This document shows, piece after piece, positions 20,154 through 30,620 of a stretch of DNA of 64,000 bases. The position numbers and the translations under genes were made by a program. The stretch comes from Candidatus Poribacteria bacterium (GTDB lineage Bacteria > Poribacteria > WGA-4E > WGA-3G), in the NCBI GenBank assembly GCA_965198235.1, contig OZ240248.1, positions 928,001-992,000 on the forward strand, in the 5' to 3' direction. Below the pieces are notes generated by a model. The model saw only the letters and a list, made by a program, of their open reading frames with translations, had not been told where the DNA came from and did not search any database. Within the stretch, counting starts at the first letter, position 1, and each line of letters begins with the position of its first letter.

Positions 20154-21344
20154 CTACTCAAGTGCAAGGAGCAGTTCATTGAGTGCGTCTTTCACCATAT
20201 CGTTGGTTTCGGTCTCCCTGAAGTAAACGTCAAGCTTATGGGGCAGATTATCGTACTGGTCAGCCTCCTGAATCTGCTTTACCAAAGCAGGTTTCTTAAG
20301 AAGTTGAACGATACGGAGCCTGTCTTCATGATCAACGACTTCAGGATTGGCCAACAAGACGATTAAACGTCCGGCTAATCCATCCGCGAGTCCGTTTTCG
20401 GCGTAATGGTTCAAAGTATCGATAGCGACTTGCTTCGTGTTGAGACTTGAACCGTTTGTGAGGATTGCGACGAGACCGTCAACAGCACCTGCGTCAGGGT
20501 ATTTTTCAAGTGCTTTAGCAATGTCCATACGCACGGCGTCATCGGAATCGCCAAGTGCCTCAATCAGCTTAGTTGTGGGGTGCTCTTTAAGGAACATCAT
20601 AGACTTTGCGGCGGCGCGTCGGACAACCGCGTTACCATCGGTCAAACCCTCAACGATTTTTGCTTCGGAGCCTTCGTTGCCGAGCATATAGAGTGCGGTA
20701 TTAACCTCCATCTTCAACCCTGCATCGGTGGTTGCATTTTGGAGTGCTTCTAACCCCCCGGCGGCGGATGTGTCCCCTATATCCCCTACAATACGGACCA
20801 ACTGAATCTTCACAGCAGGTGGTGTGTTACTATCGCCAGCAGCCTTCAGGATATCGTTAATAGCTGGACTGCCGATTTCCTGCAAAATTTGAACGAAGTC
20901 GCCGTGGACATTGCGATACCGGTTTTTAACGAGGTCCTCCAAAACGAAAGGCACGGCTGATGCACCTTTATCAACGAGGACCTGCATAGCATCCTTCTGT
21001 ACCCGATGGCGTTCTCCGAGGATCTGTAGGATTTTTTTCATCTCATATTCGCCCAATTCACCCACACGTCGGTCACGCTCGCCTTGGTATCTGGCTTCTA
21101 CATTATGTGTTCTTGCCGCGCCCGTTGAAATAGCGTTGCTATAAGCAAGAATCAGGAGTGCACGAGGTTCAACCTTATGATTTTCTTCGCGCTCAGCATT
21201 CTCAAGATGTTGGACTGCCTCCAGTGAGAGCCCGGCGTTTAACAACTTACTCCTGCCCACTTCAAGTTGAGTGATGACCTGTTCCTGCCGGCAGCCGAAA
21301 CTCACGACTCCTATAAGTAATAATATCAACAAAACTTTTTTCAT
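20154..21344 (-). CDS. HEAT-repeat lipoprotein (paralog 1)
   Basis: Start MKKVLLILLLIGVVSFGC (lipobox) at 21344 with GGAGG; VRRAAAK..., VRMDIAKAL HEAT-like helices. Confidence 0.75.
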   Translation of the reverse strand: MKKVLLILLLIGVVSFGCRQEQVITQLEVGRSKLLNAGLSLEAVQHLENAEREENHKVEPRALLILAYSNAISTGAARTHNVEARYQGERDRRVGELGEYEMKKILQILGERHRVQKDAMQVLVDKGASAVPFVLEDLVKNRYRNVHGDFVQILQEIGSPAINDILKAAGDSNTPPAVKIQLVRIVGDIGDTSAAGGLEALQNATTDAGLKMEVNTALYMLGNEGSEAKIVEGLTDGNAVVRRAAAKSMMFLKEHPTTKLIEALGDSDDAVRMDIAKALEKYPDAGAVDGLVAILTNGSSLNTKQVAIDTLNHYAENGLADGLAGRLIVLLANPEVVDHEDRLRIVQLLKKPALVKQIQEADQYDNLPHKLDVYFRETETNDMVKDALNELLLALE

Positions 21345-21782
21345 GTTCCGTTTACCTTTTCCTCCTAGAATCTCGATTAGACTCACCCGTCCGTGTCGCA
21401 TGTACTTTTCATGAAGATAATGCGTACTGTTTGATAGCACGCAACTTGCAAGAAAATAAACCGCGAGTCGATCTAATACTTCTCGGTATAGCTTGGCAGG
21501 ATAAAACCACAGGTTCTGCATATCGCGACGTATTTGACCCGTGCCAAACAGGGACTACAGATTTGGGCAAGTACTGATGTAAAGAGTATTCTAAAATAAA
21601 TACATTTTTATGTCAACAATTTAAGTGCAGGCGGCAAAGTAACCCTGTTTCCCTTCAAAACCGCGTTAATCCTTTTGTAGGAGCCAGCATTTCCTAATCG
21701 CCAAATTACGATTTCTCTGATAAAACGCGTAGAAAACTAAACGCCGCTTTGCGGAAAAACAGATAAGAAGCGAATTGTAGGA

Positions 21783-22979
21783 CTACTGAAGTGCATCAAG
21801 GAGTTGTTTAAGCGACGTTTTGACGAGTTCGCTCTGTTCCTTTTCCCTGTGATATTCATAGAGCTTGAACTCAAGATTGTCGTACAATTCCGTCACCTGA
21901 ATCTGCTTCAGAAACGGCTCTCTCTTCAGAAGTTGAACAAGACGGAGCCGATTATCTGCGTCGCTAACGGTTCCGCCAATGAGCAGCATCGTAATGCGCT
22001 TTGCCAAGCCTCTCGCAAGTTTATTTTCTCCATAAACGTCGAGGGTATCAATCGCTGCCTGCTTGGGATATTTGCTCAATTCACCGGTAAGAATATTTAC
22101 GAATTCATCGACAGCGTCAGCATCCCGATGCACTGCGAGTGCTTCCACAAGCGATGCGACGACTTCAGAGTCGATATCTTTTAACCCGGCAATGAGTGTT
22201 TTCGGTGAGACATCGCTGATATTTGCCATGGCTTTTGCGGCGGCGCGTCGGACAGCAACATCACTATGACTTAAGCCGGCGATGATGTCCTTTTTATATA
22301 ATTCCTCACCGAGCTGATAGAGTGTCGTGTTAATTTCCATCGCCAAACCAGGTTCACTCGTTCCACTTTGAAGCGTTTTTAACGCATCTACGGCTTTCGC
22401 GTCGCCGATCCCAGCAAGGACCTGAACGAGTTTAACCTTGACAGCAGGTGGTGTCGTTTCATCAGTAAGTTTTGCTAAAACCAAATCAAGACCATCAGGA
22501 CCTATCTGAATCAGCGTTTCCGTAAAATTTGTATGAAGTGACGGATATCTTCCTTTAATAAGGCTATCGAGAATTATCACCGATGCTTCAGGTCCCTTGT
22601 CTACAAGTGCCCGTAAGCCATCTTTCTGTACCCGCGACGGTCTGCTGAGAATTTGTAGGATTTGCTTTATCTCAGCCTCGGTGAGTTCTTGTATCCGCTG
22701 TTCTCGTTGGTTTTTGAACTTGGCTTCAACGCCGTGGCTACTCGCACTGCCAGTGGAAAGCCCGTGAGCGTAAGCCATAAGGAGTAGCGCGCGAGGCTCC
22801 AGTTTATTAACTTCTTCCTGCTCTGCTTTTTCGAGGTGCTCAACGGCTTCCAAGGCGTTACCGCTATCAATCAATTTACTTCTGCCTACGGATAGGTTGC
22901 TCGGACCTTTCTGCTTTGTCTCACAACCGACACCCGCAAGCAGTAGGACAACCAGTGGAATGATTACAACCCTTTTCAT
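21783..22979 (-). CDS. HEAT-repeat lipoprotein (paralog 2)
   Basis: MKRVVIIPLVVLLLAGVGC lipobox; colinear with paralog 1 (VGRSKL, EPRALL, TPPAVK, VRRAAAK, RLR.VQLLK, YDNL). Confidence 0.78.
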   Translation of the reverse strand: MKRVVIIPLVVLLLAGVGCETKQKGPSNLSVGRSKLIDSGNALEAVEHLEKAEQEEVNKLEPRALLLMAYAHGLSTGSASSHGVEAKFKNQREQRIQELTEAEIKQILQILSRPSRVQKDGLRALVDKGPEASVIILDSLIKGRYPSLHTNFTETLIQIGPDGLDLVLAKLTDETTPPAVKVKLVQVLAGIGDAKAVDALKTLQSGTSEPGLAMEINTTLYQLGEELYKKDIIAGLSHSDVAVRRAAAKAMANISDVSPKTLIAGLKDIDSEVVASLVEALAVHRDADAVDEFVNILTGELSKYPKQAAIDTLDVYGENKLARGLAKRITMLLIGGTVSDADNRLRLVQLLKREPFLKQIQVTELYDNLEFKLYEYHREKEQSELVKTSLKQLLDALQ

Positions 22980-23119
22980 TATCTTCCCTTTTCCTCCTGA
23001 GAATCGTTCTTTTCAGAATGAGTGTCTAATGTAACGTGCGCTACGGCACGTTGCGACCCTTAAAATATCTCCACTACAACAATACCACAGAATTTAAAAA
23101 AAGTCAAGTGCATATATGA

Positions 23120-23225
23120 TTGTCGGTTGCCAGGTGTCAGTTGTCAGCGGTCAGTTGTCTGAATCAGGATTCAAGGATTTGCAGGATTAGAGATGGTCAG
23201 CAGTCAGTTCCCATCAACGGTCAGA
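23120..23225. repeat. Short tandem heptamer repeats (TCAGTTG/TCAGCGG/TCAGCAG type)
   Basis: GTCAGTTGTCAGCGGTCAGTTGTC. Related arrays at about 5307-5376, 38577-38600, 43669-43697, 43776-43807 and 60348-60380. Confidence 0.6.
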
Positions 23226-23312
23226 AAGCATCGTGAGCACAACTCGCTCCTACAGCGAAGAAATCTTGAGCAGGAAATCCGTACTATAGGAAAACTGAAT
23301 CCCCCTAATGAC

Positions 23313-23341
23313 TTGACATAGGCACAGGCTTTGATTATACT
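23313..23341 (+). promoter_or_regulatory. Sigma70-type promoter for M14 peptidase
   Basis: TTGACA-N17-TATACT; implies the start is ATG 23430 or later rather than 23331. Confidence 0.6.
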
Positions 23342-23429
23342 TAAACGACTAAATCCGCTGAGGACAGTGTGTTACAAACGAAGAACAGTGAAGATTAAGC
23401 CGCACGCGCCTATAGAAAAGGAATCTCTT

Positions 23430-26147
23430 ATGAAAATTTCTGGCTTCTTTTACGCCTATTTCATACCTCCGTTTCATCAACGAAAAATAGACTCTCAGGA
23501 AACTGATACCACACCACTATGGAGTCTACTCAGTGTGTTGCTAATAATGTGCGTTGTGTTGCTGCAGGAACCGGTACACGCACAACTGATGTCCCCTGAA
23601 GAGGTGCTCGGATTCCAGGTCGGTTCTGACTATCAGGTGGCAGGATGGCAGACAGTTTCTGATTACATGCGACATGTGGCAGCGAATTCAGATCGGGTGC
23701 TGTTGGAAGAACTTGGAAAAACGACAGAGGATAACGATTTTCTGATGCTGTTGATTTCTGCGCCAGAGAACTTAGAGAATTTGGCGCACTCTCAGCAGAT
23801 TCAAAGGCGACTCGCGATGCCCAGTATACCTACAAAAGAAAACAATGCGTCAGAATTGGACGCGCTTGCCGAAGAAGGTAAATCAGTAGTGCTGATTAAT
23901 TGCAACCTGCATTCCACAGAGATCGCCTCTTCACAGATGTCGATGGAGCTTGTGCATCAATTCGCAACCACTGAGATACCACAAATCAAAGAGATTCTTG
24001 AGAATGTGATAATTCTGCTCATCCCCTCGGCGAATCCGGACGGTTTGAACATCGTGGTGGACTGGTATAATCGCACTGTCGGCACCCCTTATGAAGGGTC
24101 GGAAATCCCGTGGTTGTATCATAAATATACCGGGCACGATAACAATCGCGATTGGTTTATGCTGACACAGATAGAGACGCGGTTGCTGACGCAGGTGCTT
24201 TATGAGGAGTGGTTTCCTGAAGTTGTTTATGATGTGCATGAGATGAGTTACCGCGGACCTCGGTTTGTAATTCCGCCATACTTTGAACCGGTCAATCCGA
24301 ATATCCCACCGCTACTACAGCGAACGCTCTCGCTCATTGGTGCGCAACTCGCCTTCGATTTGACGAGTGAAGGGTTTACAGGGGTGCTTTCGAGTGCTGT
24401 TTACGACACATGGTGGCACGGCGGATTTCGAACAGTACCGTATCGCCACAATATGGTCGGTATTTTGACAGAAGCGGCACGTGTGGAGATAGCAACGCCA
24501 ATTTTCCAACCGCATCATACTTTGAAAGGCTATCGACGCGGGCTCGATAAATATACACTCCGCACAAACTTTCCTGAACCGTGGCCCGGAGGGTGGTGGC
24601 GACTGCGAGATATCGTAGAATATGAGAAGGCAGCGGCACTCTCAATTCTCTCCTTCGTCGCGGAGCATCGGGTAACACTGAAGACAAACTTTTACAAGAT
24701 GGGACTCAATGCTATAGCAAAAGGGAAGGATGAACCGCCACGCGCCTTCCTGATTCCAACACAACAACGCGACATCCACACAACACTCAAGATGTTGGAC
24801 ATTTTGCGACGCGGCGGGGTGAAGATTCATCAAGCGAACACGCCGTTTATCGCTGATGGCGTAGAATATCCCACTGAAACCTACGTTGTTTCGATGTCCC
24901 AACCCTTTCGGGCACATGCGAAGGATCTGCTTGAAGTGCAACGCTATCCGGAACGTCGCCCCTCACCGGAATCACCGCCCGAACGTCCTTACGATATAGC
25001 AGGCTGGACACTGCCCTTACAGATGGGGGTGAGAACAATCACAGTCGTGCATCCTTTTGAGGCGGATTTAACGAAACTTCCTGCACTATCCGAAGTAGAA
25101 GGTACGCTAACGGGTGCCTCTGAACCGATCAACTACCTATTTGAGAATCGAACGAACATCGAAGCGATTGCTCTCAATCGTCTGTTCAAAGCAAGCCTTG
25201 CAGATGACAGTCCGAAATACACGCTCTACGCGGCACAACGGGACATAGAACTCGGTGGTAAAACGTTCCCACCTGGGACTATCTTGATTAGAACGGCAGC
25301 ACCGCCACTACAAGAGATCGAGGAGATGCGAGCACTCGCGTCGGAATTCGGTATCCACATCCACGCCGATGCATCTATCGACGAAGAAACGGTCAGTCGA
25401 AAATTCTCAAGAGTGAACGCGCCGCGCCTCGGTCTGTATAAACCGTGGACAGCAAATATGGATGAAGGCTGGACGCGCTGGGTTTTGGATACGCACGAGT
25501 TCGATTATAGCAACCTCACGAATGCGGAAATGCGCGCGGGGGATTTGGCGGCACGCTACGATGCAATAATTTTGCCGGATCTGGGTGCCTCTGGCATTCT
25601 TAACGGGCATTCAACAGGGAAACTGCCACCAGAGTATGTCGGTGGGATCGGCACAGAAGGGTTGGCGAATTTACGAGCGTTTGTGGAGGACGGCGGTACG
25701 CTTATCTGCTTGAATCGCGCGTCAGAACTCCCTTTGAAATACTTCGGGCTTGGTGAAAAAGGCATTGTCAATGTGGTTGAGAAAGAAAATCAAGCAAAAG
25801 AAGACGAGTTTTTCTGCCCCGGTTCATTACTACGGGTTGGGATAGATACGAAGCACCCCATAGGACATGGACTGGATAGAGAGATGGCAATCTTTTTTAA
25901 ATCGGGTCCTGTTTTTGAAGCCGGGCGCGGTGGCGCGAAAGTCGTGGCGACCTATCCTGAATTTAATCCGTTGATGAGCGGTTGGCTCGAAGGAGAGAAA
26001 CGGATTCGTCAGAAGGCAGCACTTTTGGAAGCCATCTTGGGCGACGGGAGAGTCATTCTTTTCGGTTTCAAACCGCAACACCGCGGGCAATCTTATGGGA
26101 CCTTTAAGCTGCTTTTCAATGCGGTTTTTTACAGCGCACAAAACTGA
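23430..26147 (+). CDS. M14 zinc carboxypeptidase family protein with C-terminal glutamine-amidotransferase-like domain
   Basis: HSTE (HxxE), NPDG, DNNRDW, DVHEM; PYDIAGWTLP, MDEGWTRW, FVEDGGTL. Confidence 0.88.
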   Translation: MKISGFFYAYFIPPFHQRKIDSQETDTTPLWSLLSVLLIMCVVLLQEPVHAQLMSPEEVLGFQVGSDYQVAGWQTVSDYMRHVAANSDRVLLEELGKTTEDNDFLMLLISAPENLENLAHSQQIQRRLAMPSIPTKENNASELDALAEEGKSVVLINCNLHSTEIASSQMSMELVHQFATTEIPQIKEILENVIILLIPSANPDGLNIVVDWYNRTVGTPYEGSEIPWLYHKYTGHDNNRDWFMLTQIETRLLTQVLYEEWFPEVVYDVHEMSYRGPRFVIPPYFEPVNPNIPPLLQRTLSLIGAQLAFDLTSEGFTGVLSSAVYDTWWHGGFRTVPYRHNMVGILTEAARVEIATPIFQPHHTLKGYRRGLDKYTLRTNFPEPWPGGWWRLRDIVEYEKAAALSILSFVAEHRVTLKTNFYKMGLNAIAKGKDEPPRAFLIPTQQRDIHTTLKMLDILRRGGVKIHQANTPFIADGVEYPTETYVVSMSQPFRAHAKDLLEVQRYPERRPSPESPPERPYDIAGWTLPLQMGVRTITVVHPFEADLTKLPALSEVEGTLTGASEPINYLFENRTNIEAIALNRLFKASLADDSPKYTLYAAQRDIELGGKTFPPGTILIRTAAPPLQEIEEMRALASEFGIHIHADASIDEETVSRKFSRVNAPRLGLYKPWTANMDEGWTRWVLDTHEFDYSNLTNAEMRAGDLAARYDAIILPDLGASGILNGHSTGKLPPEYVGGIGTEGLANLRAFVEDGGTLICLNRASELPLKYFGLGEKGIVNVVEKENQAKEDEFFCPGSLLRVGIDTKHPIGHGLDREMAIFFKSGPVFEAGRGGAKVVATYPEFNPLMSGWLEGEKRIRQKAALLEAILGDGRVILFGFKPQHRGQSYGTFKLLFNAVFYSAQN

Positions 26148-26161
26148 AAGGTAGGTATCCT

Positions 26162-28234
26162 ATGTTCACGACGACGGACAAGACCCTCGTAAGCTGGTTC
26201 TGCTTTGATGAGGAAGCCCCAAAGCACTGCAGCGTGATTACCGTGCAGGCGGCTGACAAGTATGACGCACTTGCTTTTGGGCAGGATGCTCGAGGTAAGT
26301 GGTCCACCGCCAGCGATGATAACACTCGCACGCAAAGCACCGAACAACTCGCGCAAAATCCAGCACAGGAAATTGTCTCCGGACAGTTCATGATGATGGC
26401 CGCCGTTTACAAGGACAACTCGGTCACCATCTACCGCGATGGGGAAGTGTACGCCAGCTATACCATCGAAAAGCCGTTTGATTTTCTGAACAGCCCCTAT
26501 CTACAACTGGTAATTGGCTCGGTCAATCTCAATCCTAACTACGCCATATCATTTAAGGGAAAAGTCAAGGATGTCCGGATTTATGCACAGGCTTTGACGC
26601 AAGAGCAGATTAAGGATCTGAGACCGAACGCGCCTTCGGCAATTCAACCGTTCAGCTGGTATGATTTCTCGAAAAATGATTGGTGGACAGATCATGCTGG
26701 AAAATTCCCCGAGATTAAAAACTATGCCGCGACAAAACTGAATGAAGAAGACAGGTATATTGTTTTCGATCGAGATGATAGACACATATTTACCTTGGAC
26801 AACGAAGCTGTCCGTATCGCTCGTGATTTTCGTCAACGGCTGATGCATGACCCGAGTCGGCCGACATATCACTTGGTTAATTCCGAAGGTGATAACGAAA
26901 GGAACTATTCGACCGATCCGAATTTCATGATCTACTGGAAAGGTCAGTATCATTTCGGTTATATGTGCAAAGGCGACGAGTACGCTTTTGGGCACTTCAC
27001 GAGTACCGACCTTGTTCACTGGCGGCGGCGCGGGGATTGTGCCTTGGGCAGCGGCGGTTGTGGTACAGGCGGTACGATTATCACCAAAGACGGCAAGAAA
27101 GTTATCTTTGTCGGCATATTTGGCGGTCGTCCGACCTATGTCGAAGCTTCGGATGAGCATCTGGAGGACTGGTCTAAACCGATTGAAATTGAGGTGCCTC
27201 AAGAGGCACGGGATGCCGATTATTGGGTATTCTGGGACCCGACGGCTTGGGTTGAAGGAGATTACTACTACATATTTTCCGGCGATCACGCTATGGAGGA
27301 TACCCGACCGGGGTTGGGTGCTTGGTATAAAAGGACAACACTTATGCGCTCCAAAGACTTTGAGAAGTGGGAATTTCTCGGTGAATTTATGACGAAAGAA
27401 TTGCCGGGACTTGAGCATCACGATCATTCCTGCACTGACTTCTTCAAACTCGGCAACAAGCACATGATGCTACTTATCAGCCATAGCTGGGGGGCGCGGT
27501 ATTATCTGGGTGAATGGAAGGATAATAAGTTCACACCTGAGTTTCATACCAAGATGAGTTGGAGCAACAATTATCGCGGAATACCTATCTATTGGGCACC
27601 CAAAACCCTCCTCACACCAGACGGACGCAGAGTCGTCATTACCAATATACAGGTTAACCTTGGCAACACTTTATGGAGCTGCGTATTCTCATTGCCCTGG
27701 GAATTGAGTCTGCCTGAGGATGGGATTGTGCGCATTAAACCGGTTCGTGAGCTTGAGCGTCTACGCTACAACGAAACGGTTGAGAACAACATTGCGGTCA
27801 AAGACAGCGAGGACTATAGGCTGAAGGAAATCTCAGGCGATACGGTTGAATTGAATGTCACAATCAAGCCTACCGAAGTGAGGGACTATGGCGTAAAAGT
27901 GTTCTGTGACAAAGACAACCAGAATGGGATGGAGATCTTCTACTCAGCCGACAAGAAGACGATTTCGGTAGGTGATGGCAAAGAAGCGACAGAACCATAT
28001 CGTGGATCCCAACCTTATGGCGTTGCGCCGTTCGAGTTGAAAGCGGGAGAGGATTTGAATTTGCGGATATTCCTCGACAGACCGATCGTGGAAGTCTTCA
28101 TCAATGAACGTCAGGCAGTCGCCCAGAGTCAACTGCATAAGCCGGAAGATGTTGGAATATGCCTTTACAGCAGAGGCGGGGACATCAAGGCAGACGTAAC
28201 GGGTTGGAAGATGGCGGGGGCCAACCAATGGTGA
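26162..28234 (+). CDS. GH32-like five-bladed beta-propeller glycosidase with N-terminal LamG-like domain
   Basis: RPTYH, TDPN, WKGQYH, STDLVHW, WDP, DFFKLG, SLPWEL, LRIFLDRPIVEVF. Confidence 0.8.
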   Translation: MFTTTDKTLVSWFCFDEEAPKHCSVITVQAADKYDALAFGQDARGKWSTASDDNTRTQSTEQLAQNPAQEIVSGQFMMMAAVYKDNSVTIYRDGEVYASYTIEKPFDFLNSPYLQLVIGSVNLNPNYAISFKGKVKDVRIYAQALTQEQIKDLRPNAPSAIQPFSWYDFSKNDWWTDHAGKFPEIKNYAATKLNEEDRYIVFDRDDRHIFTLDNEAVRIARDFRQRLMHDPSRPTYHLVNSEGDNERNYSTDPNFMIYWKGQYHFGYMCKGDEYAFGHFTSTDLVHWRRRGDCALGSGGCGTGGTIITKDGKKVIFVGIFGGRPTYVEASDEHLEDWSKPIEIEVPQEARDADYWVFWDPTAWVEGDYYYIFSGDHAMEDTRPGLGAWYKRTTLMRSKDFEKWEFLGEFMTKELPGLEHHDHSCTDFFKLGNKHMMLLISHSWGARYYLGEWKDNKFTPEFHTKMSWSNNYRGIPIYWAPKTLLTPDGRRVVITNIQVNLGNTLWSCVFSLPWELSLPEDGIVRIKPVRELERLRYNETVENNIAVKDSEDYRLKEISGDTVELNVTIKPTEVRDYGVKVFCDKDNQNGMEIFYSADKKTISVGDGKEATEPYRGSQPYGVAPFELKAGEDLNLRIFLDRPIVEVFINERQAVAQSQLHKPEDVGICLYSRGGDIKADVTGWKMAGANQW

Positions 28235-28497
28235 AAGAGATGCCGGTTACCCACCGGACTTAACTGAGGGTAGCATATCGGTGTGCTGGCGTTATTTCTT
28301 CGGCACATTCATATCTACAGAGGGGCGTACAATTTTTTCGGGATACGCCAGAATCTTCAAGATGTTCGTTGATAGTGTAGACGCTACCTTAAATCCGCGA
28401 AAACTGACTATTGAAAGGATTGCAGAGTAATCCGTGATGTTTTAAATTTTTGCTCGCTCCCTGCCTGTACGAACCTCGTGTTATAGAGGTTAAAAAG

Positions 28498-28696
28498 TTG
28501 AAAGTAACGTTTTGAAGAAAACGTTAAGTACACGGCTGAAATTGAACTTCACGAAACCGACCTTTTGTCCGACTCACTCAAAGATACTGACGACGAAACA
28601 CTCCTCACAGAACTCGCACGCCGCGGATACGACCTCTCCAGACTCCGCGATGAGGAGACAACCGCCTTGCTTTCAAATTCCCCAGAAAGAATCTGA
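28498..28696 (+). pseudogene. Small hypothetical gene with +1 frameshift in a T4 run
   Basis: AGAGG then TTG 28498. Removing one T at 28510-28513 gives MKVTFEENVKYTAEIELHETDLLSDSLKDTDDETLLTELARRGYDLSRLRDEETTALLSNSPERI. Confidence 0.4.
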
Positions 28697-28764
28697 GGAA
28701 ATGAGTTCGGTAAAAGTCATTCAACCCAACCCACGTAAAAAATGAAGGAGAAGTTGTTATATTA

Positions 28765-30176
28765 ATGACATTGATTCAGAAAGAGATGATGCATCACATT
28801 CTCAGCGTCCGGTTTGTCGCACTCCTGCTAATGTGTGTTTTGCTCATCCCACTCACCTTTTCTATCAGTTATCGCAAGTATAGTCAGAGCTTAACAGATT
28901 ATCAAGAATCGGTGAATCGCTCACGATCAGAAACAAAGGAAAATCCTCCGAATGCACAGAACCCAAACATAGAAGTTTCCAAACTTTTTCTCAAACCCAC
29001 GCCTCTGAGCGTCTTCGCAAACGGTTTAGAGGAAGTGCTGCCTACCCATCTTGGAATGACGCGTAATGGCGGCCGGGTTCAACAGCACTTGCTCAAGCGC
29101 CTCTCGCGCATGTATTAGGAAATCTGGATTTCCTGTTTATTGTGGGGACCGTTTTCAGTCTACTCGCACTTCTGTTCACATTTGATGCTGTTGCTGGAGA
29201 GAGAGAAGCAGGCACCCTTCGGATAAACTTGTCAAACCCCGTTCCTCGAGATGTGTTTTTGTGGAGCAAACTGATCGGTGGATACGTTGTGTTCGTTATT
29301 CCGTTTTTAGTGTCTTTCCTCTTGGGGTTACTCCTGATCGTCTGGCAAGGGTTTCCACTCGGTGAGCTCAAGATCGCTATGCCAGTGTTCGGTCTGACGC
29401 TTGTCTCGCTACTTTATATTGCGGTGTTTTTTGCGATAGGTGTGGTCATTTCAACGTATTTCGACAACTCCAAGACCGCGCTGATTGTCGCTTTTACATT
29501 TTGGGTGTTTGCGGTGCTGATCGCGCCACGAGGGGCGTTTATCGTCGCAAAACTCGTCTCACCCACGCGAACGCAGCAGGCTGTTTATATGGAAAAAACA
29601 GCAATTCGCAATAACCTGGCGAAAGAGAAACAGGGGAAGTTGAATAAAAAAATGTTTGAAGCTCTGGGGTCGAGTTTTGCGGCAACACCAGAGGTGAAAA
29701 AGAAATTGGACAACATTAGGAAACCGATTAACGAGGAATATCGACTCAAATTCCAGAATCACGCAAACAAGATTGACAAGGAATACCAACGCGAAAAGGA
29801 TCGCCAAGAGCACATTGGAGAAATGCTCTCTCGGCTCGTGCCAACGTCCTCTCTAAGCTATGCTGCGATAAACTTAACGCAAACGGGTAGGTTAAAAAGG
29901 GACCGCTACTTTCAAACGGGTGAGAGATACTACAAGCAACTTGATGATTCATATTTCAGGGAAATTTCAGACGACGCGATGGCACAGGTCCAAGACATAT
30001 TGGATCGACAGAGAAATCCTTCTGAATCAGAAGAAATCCCACCGCCCCCAACCCTGACAGAACCTGATTTATTGGAAACGATGCGTCGCTCGGCAGTAGA
30101 TGTGCTCTTACTCGGTTTTTTTGCTTTAGCGTTTACGGCGGTGGCGTTCCTGAAGTTCTCCCGTTCTGATATTTGA
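28765..30176 (+). pseudogene. ABC-2 type exporter permease, split by frameshift near 29070-29080
   Basis: N-part (IQKEMMHHILSVRF...PTPLSVFANG) and C-part (DAVAGEREAGTLRINLSNPVPR...SKLIGG). The downstream frame is already open upstream of 29142 (GSTALAQAPLAHVLGNLDFLFIVG). Confidence 0.8.
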
Positions 30177-30443
30177 CCCACCCCGCCGTGTACAACCATA
30201 TTAGAACGCCTCCACTGTCAACCCCGCGATGATGTCGTTCTCCGCGTCGCGAGGTTACTGGAAGATTTCGGATAGTGCCCGATGAAAAGACATTTTATAG
30301 TAAAATCCACAATTACTTGGACATTGGCAGTAGGCGAGGTTACAAACCTCGCCAGCGGTGGTGATGGATTCGTTCACTGAACAACTGTCTACATATTTTC
30401 GGGCTTTACTATAAACATAGGTAAGGATACCCTTTAAAATTAA

Positions 30444-30471
30444 AGACACCGTTTTGCAGCGAATGGGTGCA
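30444..30471 (-). promoter_or_regulatory. Putative ECF sigma promoter TGCACC-N16-GTGTCT (copy 3)
   Basis: Exact match to copies at 34449-34476 and 34827-34854. Confidence 0.6.
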
Positions 30472-30620
30472 TAAACACCAATGTGTCTTCAGATCGGTAT
30501 AACTCGCATACCCACAGAAAGTAAGTGCCAAAAAAATCAGAAAGTATTCGTAGTAAGACATAAGCGACTTTCAGTTTTAAAGTTTATCTTCTGAACCTCC
30601 AGCCGAATAAAAACTGCTCG

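Noticed and set aside
26549-27463. 304-aa minus-strand ORF
   Set aside because: Antisense shadow of the GH32-like gene with no recognisable motifs.
28512-28745. 77-aa ORF from the track
   Set aside because: An alternative frame with an RBS (28498-28696, frameshifted) looks more protein-like.
30255-30449. 64-aa Cys-containing ORF as a second peptide precursor
   Set aside because: It starts inside the promoter motif, lacks an RBS and leader, and part of its Cys-containing stretch is translated REP hairpin.
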